A DNA stretch of 64,000 nt from Candidatus Desulfarcum epimagneticum (GCA_900659855.1 CAACVI010000045.1:60985-124984), one strand, 5' to 3'; positions 26,546-36,525 are shown, counted from the first letter of the stretch. A program made the numbers and translations. The notes: a model not told the origin generated them from the sequence alone.

Positions 26546-27430
26546 TCATTCAATATCAAAAAATTCCAAAGCGTTTTTGCCCGATATCCGCTCCAGGCTC
26601 TTTCGGGAAAGCCCCGCCGCTTTCAGGGCCTTCAACTCCCGGTCCCACGCGTAGGGAATATTCGGAAAATCGGAGCCGTGCATGACCCGGTCCGGCCGCC
26701 AGCGGCCGAGGCGGATTTTTTCTTTTGAAGGAAAATAATCCGCCAGCGTCATGGCGGTGTCCAGCCAGAGATGGTCGTATTTTTCAATGAGCTTCCGGTA
26801 AGCCGATGTCTCGTCAAATCCCAGGTGGGGAACGCAGATTTTAAGGCCCGGGAAATCCTTTAACACGCGCTCGATTTTTTCAGCGGCGCACATCTGATAG
26901 GGATCGCAGGGGTACGCCTCGCTTTTGGGCTCTCTTCCGGCGTGCATGACAATGGGTTTTTCCCGGGCCAGACAGCGCTCATACAAACGGCCCATGTCAT
27001 CGCCGTTGATGTCAAAGCATTGCACATGGACGTGGAGTTTGAGCCCTTTCAAACCGGCGTCGAAGGCGTCATCCAAAATCTTCACATCGTCCTTTTCGCC
27101 GGGAAACACCGTGGCCATGCCGGTGATCCGCCCGGGGCGCCCGGCCTGTTTTTCAACCATATATTGATTGAGCATCCGGGCGATTCCCGGCTTGTGGGCA
27201 TACTGAAGCGCCACGATATGCCCAACGCCCCGGGACAGCAGAAAATCAAATATCGCCGATGTGTCCATTCGGTATCGGATTCGCCAGGCATGGGCGTCAA
27301 ACCACTTCCATATGGCGGAGAAAACGGCGTCCGGGAAAATATGAACATGGGTGTCAATGACCGGGGGGAGACCGGCGGGGACGTTTTCCCCTTCCGGATC
27401 GTTGATAAAAGACATATTCGGTTTCAACAT
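26546..27430 (-). CDS. Amidohydrolase-2 (PF04909-like) metal-dependent hydrolase
   Basis: VIDTHVHIF metal-binding start and C-terminal HGSDFP motif. Confidence 0.7.
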   Translation of the reverse strand: MLKPNMSFINDPEGENVPAGLPPVIDTHVHIFPDAVFSAIWKWFDAHAWRIRYRMDTSAIFDFLLSRGVGHIVALQYAHKPGIARMLNQYMVEKQAGRPGRITGMATVFPGEKDDVKILDDAFDAGLKGLKLHVHVQCFDINGDDMGRLYERCLAREKPIVMHAGREPKSEAYPCDPYQMCAAEKIERVLKDFPGLKICVPHLGFDETSAYRKLIEKYDHLWLDTAMTLADYFPSKEKIRLGRWRPDRVMHGSDFPNIPYAWDRELKALKAAGLSRKSLERISGKNALEFFDIE

Positions 27431-27578
27431 GGCGCCGCCGCGCTCAATTTCTTTTGCATTGTTTTTTTAATGCGCCCAAACCCAAAAGCCCCCGGCCCCA
27501 AAAAAGGGGAAGGGGGCTTTTGAACAAAATCAAAAAATGACAAACTAGTAAAAAATTACGGGACAGCGTCGTAAAAAA

Positions 27579-28769
27579 TCAGCCCACTTTCAGAACCAGC
27601 GCGCCCGCGGTGTCGCCGGCCGCGCAACCCGCGAAAAGGAGATAGCCGCCGCCGGACATGGCCACTTCCTCGATTCCCTCGATGATGCAGCGCCCGGCTG
27701 TGGGGGCCTGGGGATGGCCGAAGACCAGGGAGCTTCCGTAATTGTTGAATCCGTTCACGTCCACGCCCATTTCCTTGGCGAGATAGATGTCGTTTCCGGC
27801 GAAAGGATTGTGGGTCTTGATGGCCTTCACATCCCCCACGCCGATCCCGGCCTTGTCCAGGGCCATTTGCGCGGCGGGAACCACGGCGGCGGCCATGAAG
27901 CCCTTCTTGGTCCTTTCATAGCCGTATGACACCACCTGGATCTCCGGGCCGCCGTCCTCGCCCAGCTCCTTTGCCTTGTCCCTTGTGGTCACGATCATTC
28001 CGGCGTTTCCGTCGGCCGGATGGGTCTGGGCGCCGAAGGTGTGAACCCCGTCTTTTATAACCGGGCGAAGCTTTTCCAGGCCCTCGCGGGTGGTGGGAAA
28101 AACGCCCTCGTCGGCCTCCACCGTGAGGGTCTTTTTCCTGGACACCTGAATTTCAACCGGGAACATGTAACGTTTCTGGAAGGCGCGGTCATCGGCCAGG
28201 GCGTCCAGGTACTGCTCGTAGCGCCGCAGGGCCACATCGTCGCATTCCTGACGGGTGATGCCCGCCTCGGCCGACACGTTCTCCGCGGTCTGGATCATGG
28301 CGCCGCCGGCCCAGGGGTCTTTGCTGAAGTGGTCCATCATCCAGTTTTCAGACTCCACCTCTCCGCCGGGACCCTTGGGGTTGGGCCAGATGGTGTGGGG
28401 GCCGTTGGAGCAGCGGTCGGTCATGAGGCAGTACGGCGCCTCATACAGGCCGTTCTCAACGCCCATGGCCGCCTGGAAAATACAGGTGGTGGAGGTGGAG
28501 CAGGCCTGCATGAGGGTCACGCCCGGAATTCCCGGGGCCCCCATGAGCGCCGCGGCCCAGGTGCTGCCGTAAAAGACGTAATGCTGGCCGATGGTGATGC
28601 CCAGGAAAAGATAATCCAGCATGCCCGGATCCCAGTTCTTTTCCGCGATCCAGCGCTTGGACGTCTCCGATCCCAGCACGATGGAATTTTCAGTGGACAT
28701 GCTCCCCTGCCACCTGGCGAAGGGAGTGGAATAGTAGCCTTTGTATGGAATGTAAGCTTTTGTCAACAT
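27579..28769 (-). CDS. Thiolase-family acetyl-CoA C-acyltransferase
   Basis: QACSTS active-site Cys region, GHP and C-terminal GCAAGD motifs, 396 aa. Confidence 0.8.
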   Translation of the reverse strand: MLTKAYIPYKGYYSTPFARWQGSMSTENSIVLGSETSKRWIAEKNWDPGMLDYLFLGITIGQHYVFYGSTWAAALMGAPGIPGVTLMQACSTSTTCIFQAAMGVENGLYEAPYCLMTDRCSNGPHTIWPNPKGPGGEVESENWMMDHFSKDPWAGGAMIQTAENVSAEAGITRQECDDVALRRYEQYLDALADDRAFQKRYMFPVEIQVSRKKTLTVEADEGVFPTTREGLEKLRPVIKDGVHTFGAQTHPADGNAGMIVTTRDKAKELGEDGGPEIQVVSYGYERTKKGFMAAAVVPAAQMALDKAGIGVGDVKAIKTHNPFAGNDIYLAKEMGVDVNGFNNYGSSLVFGHPQAPTAGRCIIEGIEEVAMSGGGYLLFAGCAAGDTAGALVLKVG

Positions 28770-28793
28770 ACTGTGTTCGTCTCCTGTCTGTTT

Positions 28794-28920
28794 AGACGGC
28801 GTCGTAAAAATCCGATCTACTGCGTTTCAGCGTTTTTTTGTTCCTTCGGCATACTATATGTATGGCCTCAGTCTCAAAAAACCACTGCGCCTTGTATATC
28901 GAATTTTTACGACGCCGTCT
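28794..28920. mobile_element. MITE-like element family 1, complete copy (127 bp, 23-bp terminal inverted repeats)
   Basis: Left end AGACGGCGTCGTAAAAATCCGAT. The reverse complement of the right end is AGACGGCGTCGTAAAAATTCGAT (22/23 match). No coding capacity. Confidence 0.75.
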
Positions 28921-28955
28921 GATCCATTTTTACAAGTTTATTAAAATATACTTTT

Positions 28956-30524
28956 TTAAACCCGGGAAGCCTCCTGCCCGGCGTATCGCTCCCGAAGAAT
29001 CCGATGCAGAATCTTGCCGGTCTGGGTTCGGGGCATCTCTTCTTCTTCTATAAAAATAACCTGTTTGGGGCGTTTGTAAGCGGCGAGCTTTTCGCGGCAC
29101 AGCTCCATGATCGTCCCTTCGTCCATCCCGGACCGGCCGGATTTGGGGATCGTCACGGCCACGACCTTCTCCCCCCATTTCTCATCCGGAAGGCTGATGA
29201 CGGCCACGTCGAACACGCCGTCATGGGAGCCGATGACCTCCTCCACCTCGCTGGGGTACACATGCTCCCCGCCGGTGATGATCATGTTGTCTTTTCGGTC
29301 CACGATCTCAAAGAAACCGTCCTCCATGCGCCGCGCCATGTCGCCGGCGGAAAACCATTCCCCCTGAAAGGACGAGGCGGTTTTTTCCGGCATCTTGTAA
29401 TACCCGTCAAAGAGCATGGGGCCCCGGGAAAACAGCTCCCCCACCTCCCCGTCCGGGACTTCGTCGCCGTTTTCGTCCAGGATCTTCACAAAATCCGTCC
29501 CCAGGGTCTCCATGCCGATGGAGCCCAGTTTCTCCATCTGACGCTCGGGTTTCAGGATGGTCACGATCCCGGCCTCCGAAGAGCCGTATCCTTCGTACAG
29601 CTCCACGCCTTTAAAGAAATCCATGATGGCCAGCTTCATGCTTTTCCGGACAGGCGCCGAGGAGCACAGCAGTTTTTTCACCGAGCCGACATCGCGCCGT
29701 TTCTCTTCCTCCGAAGCGTTCATGATGATATTGTAATGGGTGGGAATCAGGGAGATGAAGCTGACCTTTTTGTCTTCGACAATGGACAAAACCTCCCCGG
29801 CCCTGAAGGACCTGGCCGGGTGAAGGAGCGCCGAGGCCCCGATATAGAGGAAAATAAAGGTGAAAAAAGTGGAGTTGATGTGAAAAAGGGGCATGACGTT
29901 CATGCACACATCATGCTCGGTGAATCCGAAATCCACCGCGTTGATGAGATAAAAGGCGATGTGGGACTCATGGGACCGAAGAACCCCTTTGGGTTTGCCG
30001 GTGGTGCCCGACGTGTAGATCAAAATCCACGTGTCTTTGGGCTCCACCCGGACATCCGGCTCGTCTGCGGACCCGCCGGCCATAAACGAGTCATACTCCC
30101 TCCAGCCCCGGGCGGCCTTTCCCGCGACCACGAAATTCTCCGGGGGTATTTTGGGCAGATCCGACCGGATGCCGTCAATGACCGGGACAAACTCCTCGTC
30201 CGCCGCCAGGGCTTTGGCGTCGGAATGATCCACGATGTGCTGAATCTCGCGCCCCACCAGGCGGAAATTGACCGGCACGATGACAAGGCCGGTCTTGGCG
30301 GCGGCCAGGTACATCTCCACGATCTCGATGGTGTTTTCCATGCACACCGCCACCCGGTCCCCCTTTTCAAGACCCAGGGACAAAAGGCTGTGGGAAAGCC
30401 GGTTCACCCGTGTGTTCAGCTCCGCGTACGTAAAGGACCGGTTTGGGTCCATCAGGGCCGTTTTATCGGCGAATTTTTTCGCGTTGACCTTTAAATTCTG
30501 TCCCAGATTCAACCAGTGGGCCAT
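28956..30524 (-). CDS. AMP-forming acyl-CoA synthetase/ligase (ANL superfamily)
   Basis: YTSGTTGKPKGV AMP-binding motif, GYGSSE, and a C-terminal conserved Lys region. 522 aa. Confidence 0.88.
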   Translation of the reverse strand: MAHWLNLGQNLKVNAKKFADKTALMDPNRSFTYAELNTRVNRLSHSLLSLGLEKGDRVAVCMENTIEIVEMYLAAAKTGLVIVPVNFRLVGREIQHIVDHSDAKALAADEEFVPVIDGIRSDLPKIPPENFVVAGKAARGWREYDSFMAGGSADEPDVRVEPKDTWILIYTSGTTGKPKGVLRSHESHIAFYLINAVDFGFTEHDVCMNVMPLFHINSTFFTFIFLYIGASALLHPARSFRAGEVLSIVEDKKVSFISLIPTHYNIIMNASEEEKRRDVGSVKKLLCSSAPVRKSMKLAIMDFFKGVELYEGYGSSEAGIVTILKPERQMEKLGSIGMETLGTDFVKILDENGDEVPDGEVGELFSRGPMLFDGYYKMPEKTASSFQGEWFSAGDMARRMEDGFFEIVDRKDNMIITGGEHVYPSEVEEVIGSHDGVFDVAVISLPDEKWGEKVVAVTIPKSGRSGMDEGTIMELCREKLAAYKRPKQVIFIEEEEMPRTQTGKILHRILRERYAGQEASRV

Positions 30525-30531
30525 CTTTTTT

Positions 30532-32622
30532 TCATTCTCCTTTTTTGATCATGATCCTGGCGTCCACGGCGCTCGCGCCGTCTTCATAGGCCATGACGGG
30601 GTTGAGGTCCATCTCGGCGATCTCTGGATGGTCCGAAACCAGTTGGGAAAGGCGCAGGATCAGCTCCTCAATGGCGGACTTGTCCACGCCCTTTGAGCCC
30701 CGGACCCCGTCCAGAAGCGCCGCGCCCTGGATGGAGGACAGCATGTCTGCGGCCTCGGCGTCCGACACCGGGGCCAGGTTGAAAATCACGTCCTTCATAA
30801 TCTCCACAAACACCCCGCCCAGGCCGAACATGACCATGTGGCCCAGGCCCTCCTCGGCCTTGGCGCCCAGGATGACCTCCAGGCCGGCGGGCGCCTGTTT
30901 CTGGACAAAAAACGCCAGGTCGCCGGCGTCGATGTTTTTCTTCATCTTTTCCGCCGCCTTTAAAACCGCGTCGGCGTCATTCAAATCAAGGGCCACGCCC
31001 CCCATGTCGCTTTTGTGAACCACGGACGGGGAGTCGGCTTTCAAAACCGCCGGGAAACCGATTTCAGACGCCGCGGCGGCGGCCTCCTCCGGGGCGGCGG
31101 CAAAGCGGAATTCCGGGGCGGGAATCCCGTAAGCCGAAAGGATGGCGTAAACGTCCGGGGCTGAAAGATTTTCCCGGCCGGCGTCTTTGGCCTTTTTCAG
31201 TATGTCCGAAACCGCGCCTTTGTCCGCGTCGAAGGTTTTCACCTCCCCCACGGGTCTGGAGCGGATGTCATGGTACTTGGAAAGGGCCGTCATGGCCCGG
31301 GCCGCGGACCCCGGGAGGCTGAAAAAGGGAACCTCGCCTTCGGAAAGGATTTTTACGACCCCGGTCCACTGGCGTTTGTCGGTCATCAGGTTGCACACAA
31401 TGGGTTTGATCTTTTTCTGATTGATCTCCACGATCCGCCGGGCGATGCTTTCGTTGTCCACAAAAAACGGGGTCACGAAATGGACCAGGACCGAGTCAAA
31501 GGCGTCATCGTCCATCATGGCGTCCAGACACGCCCGGTAATGATCGGCGTTTCCGGTGGCCAGCACATCCGCGGGATTGTGGACCGACGCCTCGGCGTAG
31601 AGTTTTTCCTTTAAAAACGCCTCGGTTTTTTCCGAAAGGGGCGGTATTTGAAGGCCCTCGCCCACCAGGATGTCGGTGGCGATGACCGCCGGCCCCCCGG
31701 TGTTGGTGATAATGCCCACCCGGTTTCCCTTTGGAACGGGCTGGGTGGCGAAGGCGGCGGCGGCCTGTATCATCTCGCCCTCGTCATGGAACACCAGTAT
31801 CCCGGCCTTTTTGAAAATAAGGTCGGTGGCCACGTCCTCCCTGGCCAGCCCCCCGGTGTGGGAGGCGGCGGCCTGGGCGCCCTCCATGGTCCGGCCCGCC
31901 TTCATGGCCAGAACCGGCTTTTTCGCCGCCGCCTCTCTGGCGGCTTCCAGGAAGGTCCGGGGGTCCCTCAATCCCTCCACATAGGTCACGATGACCCGGG
32001 TCCCCTCGTCATCTCCCAGGTAACGGATAATCTCCGGTATGGTGATGTCGCAGGCGTTTCCGTTGGAGGCGTATATCCGGGTGCCCACGCCCATTTCGGA
32101 AAATCCCTGGTGAATGACCTCGGCCACGCCCCCGCTTAAGGCCACAATGGAGATAAAGCCCGGCTCGGGCATGGTGAAGGTGAAATTGCAGTAGGCGCGA
32201 ACATCGGGGTCGGAGTTGATGATTCCCTGGCAGTTGGGGCCCAGAACCCGGATGCCGTATTTCCGGGCCCTTTCCAGGAAGTCGGCCTCATAGGCCGCGC
32301 CTTCGGCGCCCACCTCTGAAAACCCGCCGGAATTGATAATGATATTTTTGACGTTCTTGGCCCCGCAGTCTTCCACGGCCTGGGGGACGAACTTGGCCGG
32401 TATGACCATGTGGACCACATCAATGCCGTCCTCCGGCACATCCAGGATGGACTTGTAGGCCGGCAGGTCCCGGACGTGATCGGCCTTGGGGTTGATGGGA
32501 TAAACGGCGCCTTTAAAACCGAAATCCACCAGGTTTTTAATCACCCGGTTTCCGATGGAAAGCTCCTTGGTGGACGCCCCGATGACGGCCACGCTTTTGG
32601 GATTGAACAAAGATGACAGCAT
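30532..32622 (-). CDS. ADP-forming acyl-CoA synthetase (fused CoA-binding/succinyl-CoA-synthetase-like and ATP-grasp domains)
   Basis: N-terminal SVAVIGAS...GNRV CoA-binding fold, 696 aa, C-terminal ATP-grasp region. Confidence 0.8.
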   Translation of the reverse strand: MLSSLFNPKSVAVIGASTKELSIGNRVIKNLVDFGFKGAVYPINPKADHVRDLPAYKSILDVPEDGIDVVHMVIPAKFVPQAVEDCGAKNVKNIIINSGGFSEVGAEGAAYEADFLERARKYGIRVLGPNCQGIINSDPDVRAYCNFTFTMPEPGFISIVALSGGVAEVIHQGFSEMGVGTRIYASNGNACDITIPEIIRYLGDDEGTRVIVTYVEGLRDPRTFLEAAREAAAKKPVLAMKAGRTMEGAQAAASHTGGLAREDVATDLIFKKAGILVFHDEGEMIQAAAAFATQPVPKGNRVGIITNTGGPAVIATDILVGEGLQIPPLSEKTEAFLKEKLYAEASVHNPADVLATGNADHYRACLDAMMDDDAFDSVLVHFVTPFFVDNESIARRIVEINQKKIKPIVCNLMTDKRQWTGVVKILSEGEVPFFSLPGSAARAMTALSKYHDIRSRPVGEVKTFDADKGAVSDILKKAKDAGRENLSAPDVYAILSAYGIPAPEFRFAAAPEEAAAAASEIGFPAVLKADSPSVVHKSDMGGVALDLNDADAVLKAAEKMKKNIDAGDLAFFVQKQAPAGLEVILGAKAEEGLGHMVMFGLGGVFVEIMKDVIFNLAPVSDAEAADMLSSIQGAALLDGVRGSKGVDKSAIEELILRLSQLVSDHPEIAEMDLNPVMAYEDGASAVDARIMIKKGE

Positions 32623-32647
32623 GTGGGTTTCTCCTTTCCCGAAATAC

Positions 32648-32684
32648 GGGTTCGCTCAAAAATTAGTTATTTTTGAGCGAACCC
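32648..32684. repeat. 37-bp perfect-ish palindrome made of the two termini of MITE family 2 (mini-copy or footprint)
   Basis: GGGTTCGCTCAAAAATTAGTTATTTTTGAGCGAACCC followed by TAAGG, as in the 45344..45500 copy. Confidence 0.7.
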
Positions 32685-32703
32685 TAAGGTCTTTCGTGAC
32701 TTT

Positions 32704-33954
32704 CTATGACTTTTTTTCCTCCAGCTGCTCGATGAACGCCTCCACGTTGGTCTTGGTCTGCTCATCGGATATGAGCCTTAAGTCGTTCAAATCGCCGTTG
32801 ATGGTCAGAAACGGAATGCCGGTGTCTTTTTCAATTCGCTGGGACAGGCCGTAGCGGCAGTTTGAGTTGTTGGGGCAGGTCTTGGCGTCGTGGTAAATCA
32901 CCCCGTCCGCTTTAAAAAACGCCAGCATGTCCCGGATATAGGCCTCTTTGTATTCATCGGATCTGACAATGAACAGCTTGGTGTAGGCCCGGGCCATGCT
33001 GCCGAAGGGATCGTCGGAGTCCAGGTCTGAGAATATCCAGCTGTTGCAGTAGGTGGAGGCCAGCACATTGGTTTTCAGCTCAGAGAACATTTTGGCATGG
33101 GCGCTGAGCCGGCCCCAGACGGGCATGCCGTCCCAGTAAATCCGGAACTTCTCATCCTCCACGGCGCCCACCCCGTCGGCCGCCCTTTGCTTAAGCTCGG
33201 CCAGAAGAATTTCGTAGCAGTCCACGGCCTTCTGGGTGCCCCGGCCCACCACGGCCGCGCCCATGAGGGTGGCGCCGTCAAAGAATGTCAAAGGAGAGGG
33301 CGTATGGGCCGCCGTGTCCAGGACCTCCTTCCATAAATCCGAGCATCTCCGGGAAAGGCCCACGGTCTTTTTAAACAAATCCATGTCCAGCCCGGCGCCC
33401 GCCACCTCCTCCAAAGGGGCCACCAGGCCCTTGATCTGACCGGCGATGGCCGAGGCGTGAACCGGCGTGACATCCTTGACGTTCCGGTAGGTCTGGACAC
33501 CGATCACCGGGGCGTCGAATTCCCTTCCGTACCATTCGAACCAGTCCTGCACATCGCGGCACTGGTTGGTGTTGTAAACCAGGATGTCGGGCTTCGGGGG
33601 GCCCTCAATTCCCTTAAACACCTTGGCCAAAGGCGAAACGCCCTCCAGGTGGGCGCCGATGTCGGCGGTGAGATAAGAGCATATGTCCGGGGAGTACCCC
33701 ATGGCGTTGGCCTTGGGGATCAGATCCGTGGCCATGCGTGTGGAGCCCAGCATGGCCGAGTGGGTTTCGGGGAAATAGACCAGAAAACCCATGGCCCGAA
33801 GCAGTTCGGCCGGACCCACGCTGGTGCACCACGCGATTTTCTTCTCCCCGGTCTTGGCGGCGTTGTCCAGCTCATAATAATACTTCGCCATGAATTTTCC
33901 CAAATCCCCGGCGGCTTTGATCTTTTTTCTCGCCGTTTTCTTTTCTTCAGCCAT
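32704..33954 (-). CDS. 2-hydroxyacyl-CoA dehydratase family protein (HgdA/B, BcrB/C, YjiM-like), single subunit
   Basis: 416 aa with conserved Cys positions (WCTS, DICSY, KTCPNNSNC) typical of PF06050. Only one such subunit lies next to the activase. Confidence 0.75.
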   Translation of the reverse strand: MAEEKKTARKKIKAAGDLGKFMAKYYYELDNAAKTGEKKIAWCTSVGPAELLRAMGFLVYFPETHSAMLGSTRMATDLIPKANAMGYSPDICSYLTADIGAHLEGVSPLAKVFKGIEGPPKPDILVYNTNQCRDVQDWFEWYGREFDAPVIGVQTYRNVKDVTPVHASAIAGQIKGLVAPLEEVAGAGLDMDLFKKTVGLSRRCSDLWKEVLDTAAHTPSPLTFFDGATLMGAAVVGRGTQKAVDCYEILLAELKQRAADGVGAVEDEKFRIYWDGMPVWGRLSAHAKMFSELKTNVLASTYCNSWIFSDLDSDDPFGSMARAYTKLFIVRSDEYKEAYIRDMLAFFKADGVIYHDAKTCPNNSNCRYGLSQRIEKDTGIPFLTINGDLNDLRLISDEQTKTNVEAFIEQLEEKKS

Positions 33955-34026
33955 AAGCCTCCTCCCATTTCCATTTGGTCCAGTATGATTGTGAATAAGT
34001 CCGATCGCCTGCCCGGCCGCGGCGCG

Positions 34027-34854
34027 TCACGCGTCCATGGCTTCCAGAGCGTACAGGGCGGCGCCCATGGCCCCGGTGAGCTGGGGCCGCTCGGGCACAA
34101 GAATTTTTTTCCCGGAAATCTCCTCCATCATCTCCACCAGGTGGGGATTGTGCGCCACCACCCCGCCGGTCATGGCCACATGCTCGGTGAACGAATCCAT
34201 CTCCAGCACCCGTTTGACCACGGAGAAGAACAGCCCTTTGACGATGTCCTCCACTTTTTTCCCGTTCCGAATATTTTCAAGCACCTCGGTGGCGGAAAAC
34301 ACCGTGCAGAAACTGCCGAGCTTCACCATGCTCTTTGAGCGGCGGGCCAGCGCGTCCATGTCCTCCAGGGGAATGTCCAGACGGGGAGACATCTCCTCCA
34401 GAAAGGCGCCGGTTCCGGCCGCGCATTTGCGGTTCATTTTAAAGGAAGTCCTGCGGCCCGAGGCGTCCAGTTTGATGATCTTGTTGTCCTGGCCCCCGAT
34501 GTCGATGACGGTGATCTCTTTGGGGAAATAAAAAAAACATCCTTTGGCGTGGCATCCGATCTCGGTTTTGGAGCTTTGGGCGAATGAGACATTCTTCCGG
34601 CCGTAACCCGTGGAGACGGCGTTTCGGATGTCTTTGTCAGAGGCGGCGGCCATTTCAAGGGACCGGGCCAGGCACCGTTCGGCGGCCGCGGCGAAATCGG
34701 TCCCGGACTTCTCCACGGCATGCCCGGCCAGGCTCCTGTCGGGCCGGATCGCCACCACCTTGGTTCTGGAGGCGCCCACATCCGCCCCCACAAAAAGCCC
34801 GCCTGTTTTTCGGCTCATCTCTTTTTCAGTCATGGGCCCCTTCCCCTCCCTCAA
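34027..34854 (-). CDS. BcrAD/BadFG/HgdC-type ATPase (CoA-substrate-specific enzyme activase)
   Basis: GADVGASRTKVV and IDIGGQDNKII ASKHA-fold phosphate motifs. ATGA overlap with the upstream gene. Confidence 0.85.
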   Translation of the reverse strand: MREGKGPMTEKEMSRKTGGLFVGADVGASRTKVVAIRPDRSLAGHAVEKSGTDFAAAAERCLARSLEMAAASDKDIRNAVSTGYGRKNVSFAQSSKTEIGCHAKGCFFYFPKEITVIDIGGQDNKIIKLDASGRRTSFKMNRKCAAGTGAFLEEMSPRLDIPLEDMDALARRSKSMVKLGSFCTVFSATEVLENIRNGKKVEDIVKGLFFSVVKRVLEMDSFTEHVAMTGGVVAHNPHLVEMMEEISGKKILVPERPQLTGAMGAALYALEAMDA

Positions 34855-35819
34855 GCGACGCTCGACTCAAGCCCCTTGACCAGGGACATGAGCGTCAGGT
34901 TGAAAGGGGCGTCCACATTGGCCCGCCTGCCGTACTCCACAAATTTCTTGTTGATGAAATCGATCTCGGTTCTTCGTTCGGCCTCAATGTCCATGAGCAT
35001 GGACGGCTTGTGGTTTCCGGCGTTTTTCATGTACTCAACGGCGCGCTCATAATAATCCCATCCCAGGTCGATCTCATTGGCCCTGGCGATGGCGACACAT
35101 TCTTTGAGAAGAGAGTCCACGATCTGAAACACAATGGGATCGCCCATGGCCCGGGCCATGGGCAGGCCGGTGACGGCGCACACGGGATTCATGGAGGCGT
35201 TCATGACGCTTTTTCTCCAGACTTCGGAAACAATCCGGTCCGTCCGCTCGGTGGTCAGACCGCAGTCGGACAGGACTTTGGCGATCCCGGCGGCGGCGTC
35301 CCGGGCGTCCGGGTCCAGCTCCTGGATATAATGGGGAGGGTGATGAAAGGGCATGACCACATGGCAGGGGCCTTTCAGGCCGCACCCGTAGTTGACCACG
35401 GCCCGCATGACGGGTTTTTTCCCCAGGACCCGGGACAGCTCCAGCTCGGTGTCGATGCCGTTTTGCCAGCTCACGACATGCATGCCGTCCCCGACAAACG
35501 CCTCCAGAGACGAGGCGATGAGCGGCAGGGCGTTGGCCTTGGCCGTGACGAAAATCACATCCGGTTTGATATCCGCCAGTTCGTCCACCCCCGAGCATGT
35601 TCGCGTGACAGGGGCCTGAAGACTCTCAGAGCCTTCGATCACAATCCCCGGGCCGGCGGCGTTCTCAATCAGCTCCGGAACCACATCGCACAAGGTGACG
35701 TCCATGCCGCCTTTGGCCAGAAAAGCCGCCACAATGCATCCCACGGGCCCGGCGCCGATCACTGCGAATGATTGGGGGCAAAAGCCGGTTTCCTCTTTCA
35801 TATCCACATCTCCTTTCAC
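34851..35819 (-). CDS. Ketopantoate reductase (ApbA/PanE) family NAD(P)-dependent 2-oxoacid reductase
   Basis: FAVIGAGPVGCIVAAFLAKGG Rossmann motif. 322 aa, PanE-like length. Confidence 0.7.
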   Translation of the reverse strand: MKGDVDMKEETGFCPQSFAVIGAGPVGCIVAAFLAKGGMDVTLCDVVPELIENAAGPGIVIEGSESLQAPVTRTCSGVDELADIKPDVIFVTAKANALPLIASSLEAFVGDGMHVVSWQNGIDTELELSRVLGKKPVMRAVVNYGCGLKGPCHVVMPFHHPPHYIQELDPDARDAAAGIAKVLSDCGLTTERTDRIVSEVWRKSVMNASMNPVCAVTGLPMARAMGDPIVFQIVDSLLKECVAIARANEIDLGWDYYERAVEYMKNAGNHKPSMLMDIEAERRTEIDFINKKFVEYGRRANVDAPFNLTLMSLVKGLESSVA

Positions 35820-35834
35820 CCGATTTCTTAAGAA

Positions 35835-36275
35835 TTATTCGGATTCCAGAATGCCGAACGCCTCGGAGTCCAGCAGGCGGACGCCGTTTTCTTTCAGGAC
35901 TTCGATGGCCCGGTCATTGTCGTTAAAACGAAAAATCATCACCGCGTTTCCCGCGGACATCCCCACAAAGGCGTAGGTGTATGACACGGTGATATCGTGG
36001 TCCATCAAAATTTTAAGAAGTTCGGAAAGGCTTCCCGGACGGTCTTCCACCTCCGCCGCCACCACCTCCTCCACATACGCCGGAAGGTGGTTTTCCATCA
36101 TCACCCGCCTGGCGGCCGGGACATCGGACACGAGAATCCTTAACAGGCCCAGTCCGGAAGAATCAAACAGACTCAGCGCCCTTAAGTTGATGCCGGCCTC
36201 TCCCAGGGCTTTGGTCACTTTGCGCAGACGGCCGGGGGAATTTTCGATGGAAAGCGAAATTTGTCTCAGCTTCAT
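35835..36275 (-). CDS. Tandem ACT-domain protein
   Basis: Two beta-alpha-beta-beta-alpha-beta-like halves (ISLSIENSPGRLRKVTKALGEAGINL and VEDRPGSLSELLKILMDHDITV). Confidence 0.7.
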   Translation of the reverse strand: MKLRQISLSIENSPGRLRKVTKALGEAGINLRALSLFDSSGLGLLRILVSDVPAARRVMMENHLPAYVEEVVAAEVEDRPGSLSELLKILMDHDITVSYTYAFVGMSAGNAVMIFRFNDNDRAIEVLKENGVRLLDSEAFGILESE

Positions 36276-36525
36276 GGGAACCTCCGTTTATCATTTGTTT
36301 TGACTGGATATTCCGGGGAGACCGGCCCGCGGGAAAAGCGCCGCGCCGGGTTGCGAGTTATATTTTAGTTAAAATGTGACTATACTGAAACGGCTTTGAA
36401 CATGTCAAGAAAAAACCCAAAAGTTTCATGCGGCCGGGAGATGAGATAAAACGGTTGTAAAAAACCGGACGCTGTGATTGGATGGCCGAAAAATAAAACA
36501 CATCAAAGGAGATTAAACACACACC

